Source of the DNA: Planctomycetota bacterium
GTDB taxonomy: Bacteria; Planctomycetota; MHYJ01; WSZJ01
Direction: 5' to 3'
DNA length: 64,000 nt
Assembly: GCA_038060895.1 (NCBI GenBank)
Contig: JBBTCT010000012.1
Span: 126,210 to 190,209, forward strand
Made by a program: the position numbers and the translations under genes. Positions 42,600-51,642 of this stretch are shown piece by piece. Under the pieces are notes generated by a model that saw only the letters and a program-made list of their open reading frames with translations, was not told where the DNA came from and did no database searches. Within the stretch, counting starts at the first letter, position 1, and the number at the start of each line of letters is the position of its first letter.

Positions 42600-42657
42600 G
42601 CCGCCGCCTCGAAATTCGTGAAGTGTGCCGTCGCGCGCGAGAGAGCTGCGCCGCCGA

Positions 42658-42984
42658 TCAGAAAAACCGTCCCTTGCCGAACTTGTACGCCACGAACGCC
42701 GCGATCGCGAGGATCGCGAAGATGACGAGCTTCTTGATGATCGCGTCAACCCCGCCGCCGCCTCCGCCGCCCTTCTTTCGCGGCGGCGCTGCCGGGGCGC
42801 CCTGTCCACCGCCCGACGCATGGGAAGGCGGCGCCGGCGCTTCGTCTTCGCCTCCGCCGCCGCCGGAAGGGTCCGGGATCTCCTGCGTGTAATGACACCC
42901 AGTGCACTGGACCATCTTGCCCGCCCGGGTGAAGTTCGCCTCGATGTCCCTCGCGCACCTCTTGCACCTGAATGTGACGCGCAT
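42658..42984 (-). CDS. Zinc-ribbon protein with a C-terminal membrane anchor
   Basis: CKRC...CTGC, Gly/Pro linker, C-terminal TM helix. Confidence 0.75.
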   Translation of the reverse strand: MRVTFRCKRCARDIEANFTRAGKMVQCTGCHYTQEIPDPSGGGGGEDEAPAPPSHASGGGQGAPAAPPRKKGGGGGGGVDAIIKKLVIFAILAIAAFVAYKFGKGRFF

Positions 42985-43050
42985 GGCTCGCCTCCTCGAT
43001 GCTGCCGCGATTATTGGAGCAGCGAGGCCCCCCGCGTGTCAAATCCCGGG

Positions 43051-43758
43051 TCAGTCGAGCACGTCCTCGCGCATGCGCTTCCGGATGAACCACTCCACTT
43101 TGTCCTCCGTGGTGCCGAATTCCGAAGCGAGGATGGCGATGATGAGGCGGTGGCGCTCCTTGACGGGAAGTGACGACCGGTGAATGCCGGCGACGAGTTC
43201 GCGATTCGCGTCCGCGCGATCCAGGAACTTGAGAAAAAGCGCCGGGTGGTAGTTCGCCGAGTCCTCGAATTCCTTCTTCATGCCGCTTCCAGCCCACGCA
43301 TAGGGCAGCCGTCCGCTCGGATCGCAGAGGAGGGCGTTGACGAAGCCGAGCTTTGAGAACGGCCAGGCGTCGTATCCCCATTGCCAGGGAGCGAGGGCCG
43401 GTGCGTTCTCAGGCCAGCCCGCATCGGTGAGGTTGATCGTGACGGGAACATAATCGGTATTCAGCCGGGCGATAACGGCCTCGTCGGAGAGCACACGGCT
43501 CCTGAGCAGGCGGCCGCCGAGTCAGCAGTATTCGGCGTTCTTTTCCGCGTCCTTGTTCACGACGAGCATCACAAAGATTGGCTTGCCCGACCGTATCGCT
43601 TCGATGCGAGCCGACTGGAATGACGGATGCCAGTCGACCTGTTCCCAGAGTCTCTGCGATTCGTTTGCGAGCGAAGCGTCGACAACGCGCTGCTCCTCTG
43701 GCGTAAGCCCGCAGCCCGCAAGGAGAGGAAGCAGCAATGCGAACAGGAGTCGATTCAT
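43051..43758 (-). CDS. Thioredoxin-like lipoprotein with in-frame UGA (probable selenocysteine, CU motif; selenoprotein N-like)
   Basis: ORFs 43522..43758 and 43051..43494 share a frame. TGA at 43522-43524 read-through gives EYC-U-LGGRLLRSRVLSDEAVIARLN. Lipobox LAGC; hairpin at 43486-43502. Confidence 0.85.
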
Positions 43759-43830
43759 GAAGTGCTCCTAAACCTGATTTGCGCTGATCATTCCGCCTGC
43801 TATTGCGCGTTGCCGTCCGAGCAGTCTGCC

Positions 43831-44020
43831 TTTTTCCGGCTTTTCCGGTGGGAAAGTCGGGGTGTGGGGCGGGCGGAGGCGGGCGCCGTCGATCGTTTTC
43901 GGTTTAGGTCGCGGGAGGTCTCCCCCGCGGAGACGGCACCCTCCCCTCCGAACAACGGCGGCGCCCGTCGTAGCCCGCCCCGCGCCCCGACTTTCCCACC
44001 GGAAAAGCCACCGGAAAAGC
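43831..44020. other. Long rod-like hairpin (structured RNA or MITE-like element)
   Basis: 43838-43874 pairs with 43973-44009 and 43878-43891 with 43956-43969; mismatches in these stems are G:U-compatible on the + strand. Confidence 0.6.
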
Positions 44021-44202
44021 GAGCAGCCCACCAAGCGCAGGGGGTTGACACTTGGTGAGCTGCCGCTCCAGGTTGGGCACACGCCCTGGGCCAAGCCACA
44101 CGCTTGACCCCTGTAAGTTTTGAAGTGATTCGGTCTCCGAGTTGAGGGAAGGCTCATTTCGAGGACGAGTATGGTGCGCGTTTCGACTTCGAAGAGGCTT
44201 AT

Positions 44203-44300
44203 CGCAAGAGGAGTGCCGGATGCAGAAACTCGTAAGTTATTAATACAAAACAACTTGCATACTTGTTGAGAAGTGGCTGTTTGTCCCAATTTCGGGACAA
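44203..44300 (-). promoter_or_regulatory. Putative sigma-54 promoter with AT-rich IHF-like site and palindromic enhancer
   Basis: Minus strand CGGCACTCCTCTTGCG (44203-44218); TATTAATAACTTA near 44233-44245; TTGTCCC-N6-GGGACAA at 44281-44300. Confidence 0.6.
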
Positions 44301-44465
44301 CGGGGGACACCAGTCCTCGGGCGCGCACCCTGCCCTCTTGCCCAAGCTCGTACCCGGGCCATCCCCCTGGCAACCAGGCAAGTTCTGCAGATCCCCTTAA
44401 GCCCGGGCGCCCCCCCCGCCGAAAAACCTACGGAGTTTCGCAACCCCACGGCGAGGAGATGCGTC

Positions 44466-45155
44466 ATGAACAAGAAAGATGGTCTGGAGATCTACGAGCT
44501 CTTCCGGACGGGCCAGGGTAAGTCGGCAACGGCGGAAGTCACGCCGCCTCCGCAACCCTCGGTCAAGGAGCGAGTCACCGCCGTGCGGCCAGCTCCGGCT
44601 CCGGCTCCGGCCGGCGCGAAGTCCGGCCCTGGCGATGCGATCATCTCCGTGCGCCTGAACACGGCGCTCGTCGGCCTGATGGTCGGCGCCGCGACTCTCT
44701 TCGGTTCGTTCGCCCTCGGCGTTCAGTACGAGCGCCGGCATCGCACGGCGCCCGTGGAAACAGCCAAGGTCTCCGAGAACAACACCACGGCCGCGCTTCC
44801 CCCGGTCGCCCGAGAACCTCGCCGCGAAACGCCGATCGTCGTGCCTCCGCAGCCCGGGACGGAAACCCGGACACCGGCTGCTCCCGCGGAGCCGAGAAAG
44901 GGATTCACGCTGCAGCTCATGAGCTACGGCGCCGACCAGGAATCGATCGCCAACACCATGCTGCGCAAGGTCAAGGAAGCCGGCGGTGCGGAAGCGAGCA
45001 TCGTGAAGGACAGGACCGGGAATTTCATCGTCGTCGCAGGCTTCGTCGAAAAACAGTCCGGCGGCGAAGCGGACACCGTGCTCGGGAAGTACCGCGCCAT
45101 GGCGAGCCGGATCAACAAGCCCTTCAACCTGAACTGGATAAGCGCGACGAAGTAG
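44466..45155 (+). CDS. Membrane-anchored SPOR-domain-like protein
   Basis: Single TM helix, Pro-rich linker, C-terminal GFTLQLMSY...FIVVAGF; RBS GAGGAG. Confidence 0.7.
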   Translation: MNKKDGLEIYELFRTGQGKSATAEVTPPPQPSVKERVTAVRPAPAPAPAGAKSGPGDAIISVRLNTALVGLMVGAATLFGSFALGVQYERRHRTAPVETAKVSENNTTAALPPVAREPRRETPIVVPPQPGTETRTPAAPAEPRKGFTLQLMSYGADQESIANTMLRKVKEAGGAEASIVKDRTGNFIVVAGFVEKQSGGEADTVLGKYRAMASRINKPFNLNWISATK

Positions 45156-45214
45156 AAAGGGGCTCGCCGCGTCGGGGCGCGGCGGGAGACGGTGACAGCG
45201 GAGAGGAGCGAACC

Positions 45215-46099
45215 GTGAAGACGTCCGCGGAGTGCCTGCCGTGTCTGCTGAACCGGGTCATCGAGACCGCGGCGCAGGTGACTCCGGATGCGTGGCTCCA
45301 CAAGAAGGTGATGCTCGACGTGGCAGCCGCGATCGTCAGCGGCTCGATCGACTTCGACCGCTCGCCGGCGGAGGTGACGAGCGAAGCGCTCCTGCGCGCG
45401 TGTTCGACGCTGCATGCCGACCCTTTCGCGGACGCGCGCCGCCACATGAACGACGCGCTTCTCTCGCAACTCCCGGGAATCACGGCGGCGCTTCAGAAGC
45501 AACCCTCGCCGCTCCTCGCCGCCGGGCGCCTCGCCGCGATCTGCAACGACCCCGAGGTCTTTACGCGTCCGGTGGATGCCGCGGCCCTCGTCGCCGACTC
45601 CGCGTCGCGCCGCTTCGCCGTCGACGATTTCGCCCGGCTCGAAGCGGCGCTTGGGACTGCGAAGCGCGTCCTGTACATCCTCGACAACGCGGGAGAAATC
45701 GTTGCAGACCGCCTGTTCATCGAGGCGATCGGTCCTCGCCGGGTCACCGCGGTCGTACGCAAGAAGCCGCTCATGCGCGACGCGCTCGATGCCGACGCCG
45801 CCCAGGTCGCGCTCCCCTGTCGCGTCATTCACACCGGCTGCGATCTCGCGGGCGCGCCGGCCGCGTTCGTGTCGCTGGACTTCCGCCGCGAGGTGGACCG
45901 GGCTGATGTCGTGATCGCGAAGGGAGAGAGCGCGTACCAGACGATGGAGGAGGGGCCGTGGAAGGCGTACCACCTCCTGGTCGCGCGCTGCTGCTGTACG
46001 GCGCGGCATCTCAAGGTCGCTGCGGGGTCCGCACTGTGTATGGCGAGGGAAGCGCAGTCGGGGCGAAGGGCGGGGACGAAGGTGGCGTGGAGGGCGTAG
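45215..46099 (+). CDS. DUF89 (ARMT1-like damage-control phosphatase) family protein
   Basis: MKT..ECLPC, DPF, LYILDNAGEIVAD, ADVVIAKG, LLVARC. Confidence 0.85.
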   Translation: MKTSAECLPCLLNRVIETAAQVTPDAWLHKKVMLDVAAAIVSGSIDFDRSPAEVTSEALLRACSTLHADPFADARRHMNDALLSQLPGITAALQKQPSPLLAAGRLAAICNDPEVFTRPVDAAALVADSASRRFAVDDFARLEAALGTAKRVLYILDNAGEIVADRLFIEAIGPRRVTAVVRKKPLMRDALDADAAQVALPCRVIHTGCDLAGAPAAFVSLDFRREVDRADVVIAKGESAYQTMEEGPWKAYHLLVARCCCTARHLKVAAGSALCMAREAQSGRRAGTKVAWRA

Positions 46100-46113
46100 G
46101 GCGGTTCTGGCCA

Positions 46114-46249
46114 TATCCGCGGCCGTTTCCGCGTCATCACGCCTTTATCCGCGTATTCCCTTGCCTTTCGTCTGTCGAAGAATTTGTCCTGAAGGACTGC
46201 AACGGAATACGCGGATCACTGCCAGATATCGCGGAAACGGCCGCGGATA
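46114..46249. repeat. Palindromic intergenic element, copy 1 (MITE/REP-like)
   Basis: 20-bp perfect IR TATCCGCGGCCGTTTCCGCG plus inner IR ATCCGCGTATTCC; second copy at 54241. Confidence 0.8.
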
Positions 46250-46293
46250 AAGCCGTACCCGACAGGGGCCACCGGCAATTCCCCCCTTCCTCC

Positions 46294-46321
46294 TTGCATT
46301 CCTTCCCCCCGCTGCTAAACT
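46294..46321 (+). promoter_or_regulatory. Sigma-70-type promoter
   Basis: TTGCAT-16 nt-TAAACT with extended TG. Confidence 0.45.
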
Positions 46322-46356
46322 TCTCGCCCTCCTAAACCCAGCCGGAGTCCAAAAGC

Positions 46357-46689
46357 ATGTCCATCCACAAGAGCCTCAGGAAACTCGGCGCCCTCAAGCG
46401 CCATCGCAACGTCCTCACCCGCTCGGAACGCTTCAAGTCCATCGAAGACGAGGGCAAGGCGACCGATGCGACGTCCGTGTATGGGCTGCCGAAGCTGCGC
46501 AGCATCCTGATCAAGGCCAAGCCGAAGGCCAAGGCCGAGCCGGCAGCGGCGGCGGCGGGTGCCGCTCCTGCGGCGGGCGCGGCGCCGGCAGCGGCTCCGG
46601 CGGCGGGAGCGAAGGCCGGTGCCCCTGCGGCGGGCGCGAAAGCGGCGCCTGCGGCTGGCGCGAAAGCTGCGGCCCCCCCGAAGAAGTAG
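46357..46689 (+). CDS. PVC-superphylum small basic protein with an Ala/Pro/Lys-rich tail
   Basis: MSIHKSL...RHRNVLTRSERF...SVYGLPKLR signature. Confidence 0.9.
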   Translation: MSIHKSLRKLGALKRHRNVLTRSERFKSIEDEGKATDATSVYGLPKLRSILIKAKPKAKAEPAAAAAGAAPAAGAAPAAAPAAGAKAGAPAAGAKAAPAAGAKAAAPPKK

Positions 46690-46708
46690 CCGGGCGAACC
46701 AAGAACAC

Positions 46709-46738
46709 AAACCCCGGGAAACCGGGGTTTTTCTTTTT
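46709..46738 (+). terminator. Rho-independent terminator
   Basis: AAACCCCGG-GAAA-CCGGGGTTT followed by a T-rich run. Confidence 0.9.
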
Positions 46739-46789
46739 GGCACGAGGCGTGAATTCGCGGCGGCGCGCCACGCAGTACACTCCGGGTTC

Positions 46790-49210
46790 ATGCGGTTCCT
46801 CGCGCTCAGCTTCCTCCTGGTCTCTCTCGCGTGTCCCGCCGAGGACGCCGCGCCTCCCGACGAGCCCCTTCCCGACGGCGCGCTTCTGCGTCTCGGGAAA
46901 CCGATGATGAAGCGGATCGGCACGCGCTCGGCTTTCGGCGTAGCGCCGGACGCGGGAAGGGCGATCGATGCCAATGGCAGGGACGTGGACGTGTGGGATC
47001 TGCGGACGGGGAAAGACTTGAAGCGCTTCCGGCTGGACAAGGACGCGCTGGCCGTAGCGATTTCCGCGGATGGAACTTGGGCGGCGGCGGCCCAGGAGGA
47101 TGGCGGCCTTGTCGTGTGGAAGCTCGGGGGCGCTGGCGTGGGCCGGATGCTCGAGGAGAGCACGAAGGAATACTGGTGCCTCGCGTTCTCGCCCTCGGGC
47201 GAGCGGCTCGCCGCCGGCTACGTGTGGGGCTCCGTGGCCGAATGGGAGGTCGCTTCCGGGAAACTCGTTCGCGAGTACAAGGGCATTCGCGACACGGTGA
47301 CGTCGCTGGTGTGGTCGCCGGACGGGAAGCGGCTGTGCGCAGGGGGGTCGGACAAGCGAGCCCGCCTGTGGAACGCGGAGACGGGGAAACGGATTGCGGT
47401 CCTGCGCGGGCACAAGGACGAGGTCCGCGCGGCGGCGTTCTCGCCGGACGGCAAGGATCTCGTGACGGGGTGCGACGACCGGTCGTTGCGTTTCTGGAAC
47501 GGTGTGACGGGCGAGATGAAGGAAACGGTCGCGACGCAGGGCTGGGTGCGCTCGGTGGCGTGGGGGCCGGAGGGAAAGACACTGGCGTGGGCGGACTCGG
47601 GCGGGAATCTTCACCTGCGCGACAGCGAGACCCGCCAGGTCCAGGATGTCGGGAAGCCGGCGCGGGGAATCGGCGACATGACGCACCGCCACCTGGCTTT
47701 CGGCTCGGACGGCACGCTCTACGTTGCGGCCGAGGACGGAAGGCTTGAGCGGTGGCGACTGCGCGAAGACGGGTCGCTCGGCGGCGACACGGCGCACGCC
47801 GGACCTGTCCTCCATGTGGCGATCGCGGCCGGCGGCGAGATCGCGACCGCGTCTGAAGACGGCACGGTCAATCTCTGGAAGCGAGAGGGAGGCGAGGCCC
47901 TCTCCGTGGTCAAAGCCGACGCCAACGTCGGCCCGCTGCTCTTCTCGCCGGATGGTTCGACACTCGCCGCCATCTCGGACCCCATGGTGCGCCCCGCATT
48001 TGGCCCGCAAGGCGCCCGGCTGTGGAGCGTGCGCGACGCTGGAGCCATCCCTTTCAACGCCGAGGGCGTTCGCGATTTTGCCTGGGCGCCGGACGGGAAG
48101 TCCGTCGCGCTGAACTGCGAAGGCGGACGCCTCATCATCCGCGACCTGCAGTCCGGCTCAGAAACCATCCTCGACGAGGGCAGCGCCGGGAACGATCCCT
48201 GGGGCGGCGGCTTCCGCGACGGCGTCGCCGGGGGCCTCGCGTACAGCCCCGACGGAAAGAGGATTTTCCGGGCCGCGCCCGACGGCAGCGGCGACATCGA
48301 CGAATTCGGACTGGATCGCGGGAAACGCGCTTCCTGCATCCGGACGGGCCGGGCGCTCGGGGCGATGGCCGTCTCGCGCGATGGACGGCTCCTGGCTGCA
48401 GGGACGCCGGAAGGCGAATTGCTCATCGACATCGCTTCCGGGATGGCGTTCGACCGCCTGCCGGCGCGCCTGTCGCTGGCTCCTGGCCAGCCGTATTTTG
48501 CCGAGATCTCCGGTCCCTATCTCCGGATCCGCCGCGTCGGATCGGCGAAGGAAGAGCTGGCGTCGGTGGAACTGCGATCGCTTCCGCGCAGCGTCGCATG
48601 GTCCCCGGACGGCCGCCGCATCGTGACCGGCCTCGACGACGGCTCGACGCTCGTCTGGGACGCCGAGAAGCTCCTCCGAAACGCGAAGCCCCCCGCCGCC
48701 GGCGACGAACCCCTCGATTCCTTGCTCGACCGTGCCGGCCTTCCCAATCCGGAAAAAGCCTGGGACGCCGCCTCCCGCGCTTCAGCCCTCCCCGGCTGCG
48801 CAGCTGCCCTGGCCGCACGACTCAATGCCCTCGCAGGCGCCGACGCGTCCGCGGTCGCACCGCTCGTCCGGCTGCTGGGCTCGGACGACCCTGAAAAGAG
48901 GGACCAGGCAGAAGCGGATCTGCGCGAGCTGGGTCCGCGGGCCCAGCGGGACGTGGAAGCGGCGCGTGGCGAGGCGACGGATGCGGAAGCGCGGGCGCGT
49001 CTCGAGGCGATCCTGGCGGACTGGGAGCGAGGCCCCGCGCGCGGGCCGGCGCTGGGCTGGCTGCGCGGAGTGATGATTCTCGAATGGCTGGCGCCCGGCG
49101 CGGACGGCCCGAAGGCCAAAGCGCTGCTCACGCGCCTTCAGGCCGAGGCCCCGTGGGCGCGGGTCCGGGGCGCGGCCGCTGAAGCCCTGGACAGGATCCG
49201 CGCGAAGTAG
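46790..49210 (+). CDS. Secreted WD40-repeat protein with a HEAT-like C-terminus
   Basis: EPLPDGALLRLG N-terminus; many FSPDG/WSPDG..WD repeats; LGSDDPEKRDQAEADL. Confidence 0.88.
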   Translation: MRFLALSFLLVSLACPAEDAAPPDEPLPDGALLRLGKPMMKRIGTRSAFGVAPDAGRAIDANGRDVDVWDLRTGKDLKRFRLDKDALAVAISADGTWAAAAQEDGGLVVWKLGGAGVGRMLEESTKEYWCLAFSPSGERLAAGYVWGSVAEWEVASGKLVREYKGIRDTVTSLVWSPDGKRLCAGGSDKRARLWNAETGKRIAVLRGHKDEVRAAAFSPDGKDLVTGCDDRSLRFWNGVTGEMKETVATQGWVRSVAWGPEGKTLAWADSGGNLHLRDSETRQVQDVGKPARGIGDMTHRHLAFGSDGTLYVAAEDGRLERWRLREDGSLGGDTAHAGPVLHVAIAAGGEIATASEDGTVNLWKREGGEALSVVKADANVGPLLFSPDGSTLAAISDPMVRPAFGPQGARLWSVRDAGAIPFNAEGVRDFAWAPDGKSVALNCEGGRLIIRDLQSGSETILDEGSAGNDPWGGGFRDGVAGGLAYSPDGKRIFRAAPDGSGDIDEFGLDRGKRASCIRTGRALGAMAVSRDGRLLAAGTPEGELLIDIASGMAFDRLPARLSLAPGQPYFAEISGPYLRIRRVGSAKEELASVELRSLPRSVAWSPDGRRIVTGLDDGSTLVWDAEKLLRNAKPPAAGDEPLDSLLDRAGLPNPEKAWDAASRASALPGCAAALAARLNALAGADASAVAPLVRLLGSDDPEKRDQAEADLRELGPRAQRDVEAARGEATDAEARARLEAILADWERGPARGPALGWLRGVMILEWLAPGADGPKAKALLTRLQAEAPWARVRGAAAEALDRIRAK

Positions 49211-49225
49211 CCCTCTTCGACGACC

Positions 49226-50695
49226 TCAGGGTTTCCACCCAAATCTCAGGATTTGCCCGCCCTGCACGATCGCCGGGTTCCTCGTCTTCAGCCCATGCGC
49301 CTGCACGTTGATCAGCCACGCGCCGCGCCCGAAGGCGCCCTCCGCATCGACCACGCCGCTGAATTCCCAGCCCCCCGGCTTGTCCTCGCCCTTGTCGATG
49401 GAGTTCAACGCCGGGTCAGCCTTCACCCAGTGCCCGTTCGCCGCCGCGCGCGAGACTTCCAGCACGCGCGTCAGCTTCGCCGTCGGAATCTCATAGATCC
49501 AGAGGGAGGAGTCGCGCTTCAGCCCGAGCGACTCCAGCCCCGGCACCGGGTCCTCGCAGATCGCCAGTTCGCCGTGCGCGTTGACGTCAATGTTGTCCGG
49601 GCTCACGATCCCTTCGCTCCCGTCGAGGACGATCGTGATCGTCCCTCCCGCGGCGGGGTCCTTCGGATCGATCTCGAGCTTCCAGACGCGCCCCAGCGGG
49701 TTGCAGGTCAGCGGCCGGCCGGTGGTCGTGAAGTACAGCGTCCCGGGATGCGACGGGTCCGGCGCGCCGTCCTCGATGCGGACGAAGCGAAACGCACCGG
49801 CGGCCACCGCGGCCGCGTCCAGGGCCGCATCGCTCTTCGAAGCATCCATTTCCACCCACCGCCCCGGGACCGGCTTTCCCTTGTCCTTCACGGCCGCTTC
49901 CGATCCTTGCGCCGCGTCCCTGGGCACGAACGTGAAGAGCTTTCCGCCGCGCAGTCCATTTCTTGCCGGCGGATCGATTCCCGTCTTGTCCTTCGTGCCG
50001 ACGTACAGGTAAAGCTCGGCGTGCAGCCCGTCGCCCGCCGCGGGCGCGTCCTCGAAACCCACGACCGCCGTCGTCGCGCCGGTCCCGGGGACCACGACCA
50101 GGTTCTCCCAGGGCGCACGGCCGAGTTTCGGAAGCGCGTAGAGCGCGCCTTCCGCGAGCCCGAACGCCTGCCCGCCCAGGGGGTCGCTCGCGTCCTTCCC
50201 CGAGGTCTCTTCACCCGTGAGGAACATCGGCGGGTCGAACCCTTCCCGCGCCCCCGCGAGGTACGCCGAGCACAGCTTCGCAATCGCCACGCTTCCCGCT
50301 CGCGCCTTCGAAGCGGGCTCTCCCATCCAGACCTCGTCGATCGCAGGCCGTCCCGCGACGACCTTGCCGCCTTCGAGCGTCAGTTCGCTGATCCGCGCGC
50401 CCGAAGCAAGCGGGCCGGCCGATGTCCCGACGGCCTTCGGCCATTCGTGATTCACGAAAAGCTGCAGTTTTCCGTCGCGCGCCACCCACCCCATCCCGTC
50501 CGGAACGCCCGGAAATACGTACACGCCGCCATCCAGCAGAATGGGTTCGCCGCAGGTGATGACGGGCGTCACGGAGGCTCGCGAGTCGGTCGCCACGGCG
50601 TAGGCCGGTGCGCTCGCATACCCCTGCGGCCCGGAGTCGCCGCAGCCTGGGAGCAGGGCGGCAATCGAAGCGGCGATCAGGATTCTCAGGCCCAT
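49226..50695 (-). CDS. PhoX-like alkaline phosphatase (DUF839) lipoprotein
   Basis: PDGMG, FVNHE, LGRAPWEN, FVRIEDG, SPDNI, ICED, EFSGV, NVQAH; lipobox LPGC. Confidence 0.82.
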   Translation of the reverse strand: MGLRILIAASIAALLPGCGDSGPQGYASAPAYAVATDSRASVTPVITCGEPILLDGGVYVFPGVPDGMGWVARDGKLQLFVNHEWPKAVGTSAGPLASGARISELTLEGGKVVAGRPAIDEVWMGEPASKARAGSVAIAKLCSAYLAGAREGFDPPMFLTGEETSGKDASDPLGGQAFGLAEGALYALPKLGRAPWENLVVVPGTGATTAVVGFEDAPAAGDGLHAELYLYVGTKDKTGIDPPARNGLRGGKLFTFVPRDAAQGSEAAVKDKGKPVPGRWVEMDASKSDAALDAAAVAAGAFRFVRIEDGAPDPSHPGTLYFTTTGRPLTCNPLGRVWKLEIDPKDPAAGGTITIVLDGSEGIVSPDNIDVNAHGELAICEDPVPGLESLGLKRDSSLWIYEIPTAKLTRVLEVSRAAANGHWVKADPALNSIDKGEDKPGGWEFSGVVDAEGAFGRGAWLINVQAHGLKTRNPAIVQGGQILRFGWKP

Positions 50696-50887
50696 CGTCT
50701 CATTCTATCCCCCGCGTAGCCGCGGGGCCCGAAGAGGCGCGCGCCCACAACCTCCTCGGACGCGGCGCTGCCGCAACAAGCGGTGCGCCGTCCCCGTCGG
50801 CTACGAACGCGGGGATGGTAGGGCGGGCGCGTGAAGAGAGCGTTCAGGCAAGATGAAATGTGGGGAAATTGAGTGAGGCGGATCGGG

Positions 50888-51511
50888 CTACCGACCGACG
50901 ACCGCAAACTCCTGCGTCGCCAGCACTCTCCCCTTTTCATCCTGGATCTCCAGCTTCGCCGCGCCGACACTCGTCGCGTCGATCTTCTTCGCCGTCCACG
51001 TCCGGTACGAATTCGACCCGATCGTCATCCACGCCCCCGGGAAACTCTTCCCGTTCAGCGTCCACATCGGCCGCACTTTCTTCCCCGTTCCACCCGTCAC
51101 GCGCATCCAGCAGTACACGCGGCTGGCGTCCGACTTGACCGTCGTCGTCTCGCCGACCGGATTGCGGTCCTTGACGCCGAGGCACACCGCAAGCCTTTCA
51201 ATCACTGGCGCACCCTTCGGCGGCTTCACCTGCGGCGCCTTCGGAAGCGGCACCGCTTCCGCGAGGCGCGGAAGCATTCCCGCCGGAATCACGCGGGGCG
51301 AAACGCGCTCGCCGCCCGGCACCGCCATTGGCGCTTCAACTTCTTTCGGCGGCGCCGAGACGAGCGTCACCGGCGTCTCAGGCTCGCGTGGCGGCGCGTG
51401 AGTCTTGACCACCTGTCGCCCGGCCCCGCGCATGACGCGCTCGACCGCGGCAAACAATCCGATCCCCAGGCCCCCGGCGATCAGGAGCCCCAAAACCACG
51501 CGCTGGTTCAT
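50888..51511 (-). CDS. DUF2914-domain protein
   Basis: TM anchor; C.GVKDRNPVG, VYCWMRV, YRTWTAKKI; start uncertain. Confidence 0.78.
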   Translation of the reverse strand: MNQRVVLGLLIAGGLGIGLFAAVERVMRGAGRQVVKTHAPPREPETPVTLVSAPPKEVEAPMAVPGGERVSPRVIPAGMLPRLAEAVPLPKAPQVKPPKGAPVIERLAVCLGVKDRNPVGETTTVKSDASRVYCWMRVTGGTGKKVRPMWTLNGKSFPGAWMTIGSNSYRTWTAKKIDATSVGAAKLEIQDEKGRVLATQEFAVVGR

Positions 51512-51642
51512 GTCACGCCCCGGAGAGGGGGACGGCACGCGCACGCCCGCCGGCCCCGCCGCACGGCGGAACCGGGACATGAAGCGCCCGTCCGGGAGCA
51601 AAGGAGTACGTCGGCGCGGCGGGGCAATAACTTGAGAGGGAT

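Noticed and set aside
43831-44020. 6S RNA or SRP RNA assignment for the rod hairpin
   Set aside because: No large central bubble and no SRP domain IV motif; left unassigned.
44100-44300. AT-rich tract as oriC or dif site
   Set aside because: No DnaA-box cluster or XerC/D consensus; fits a sigma-54 promoter region better.
43768-44373. 201-aa minus-strand ORF across the intergenic region
   Set aside because: Runs through palindromes and promoter elements, has atypical composition and no clear RBS.
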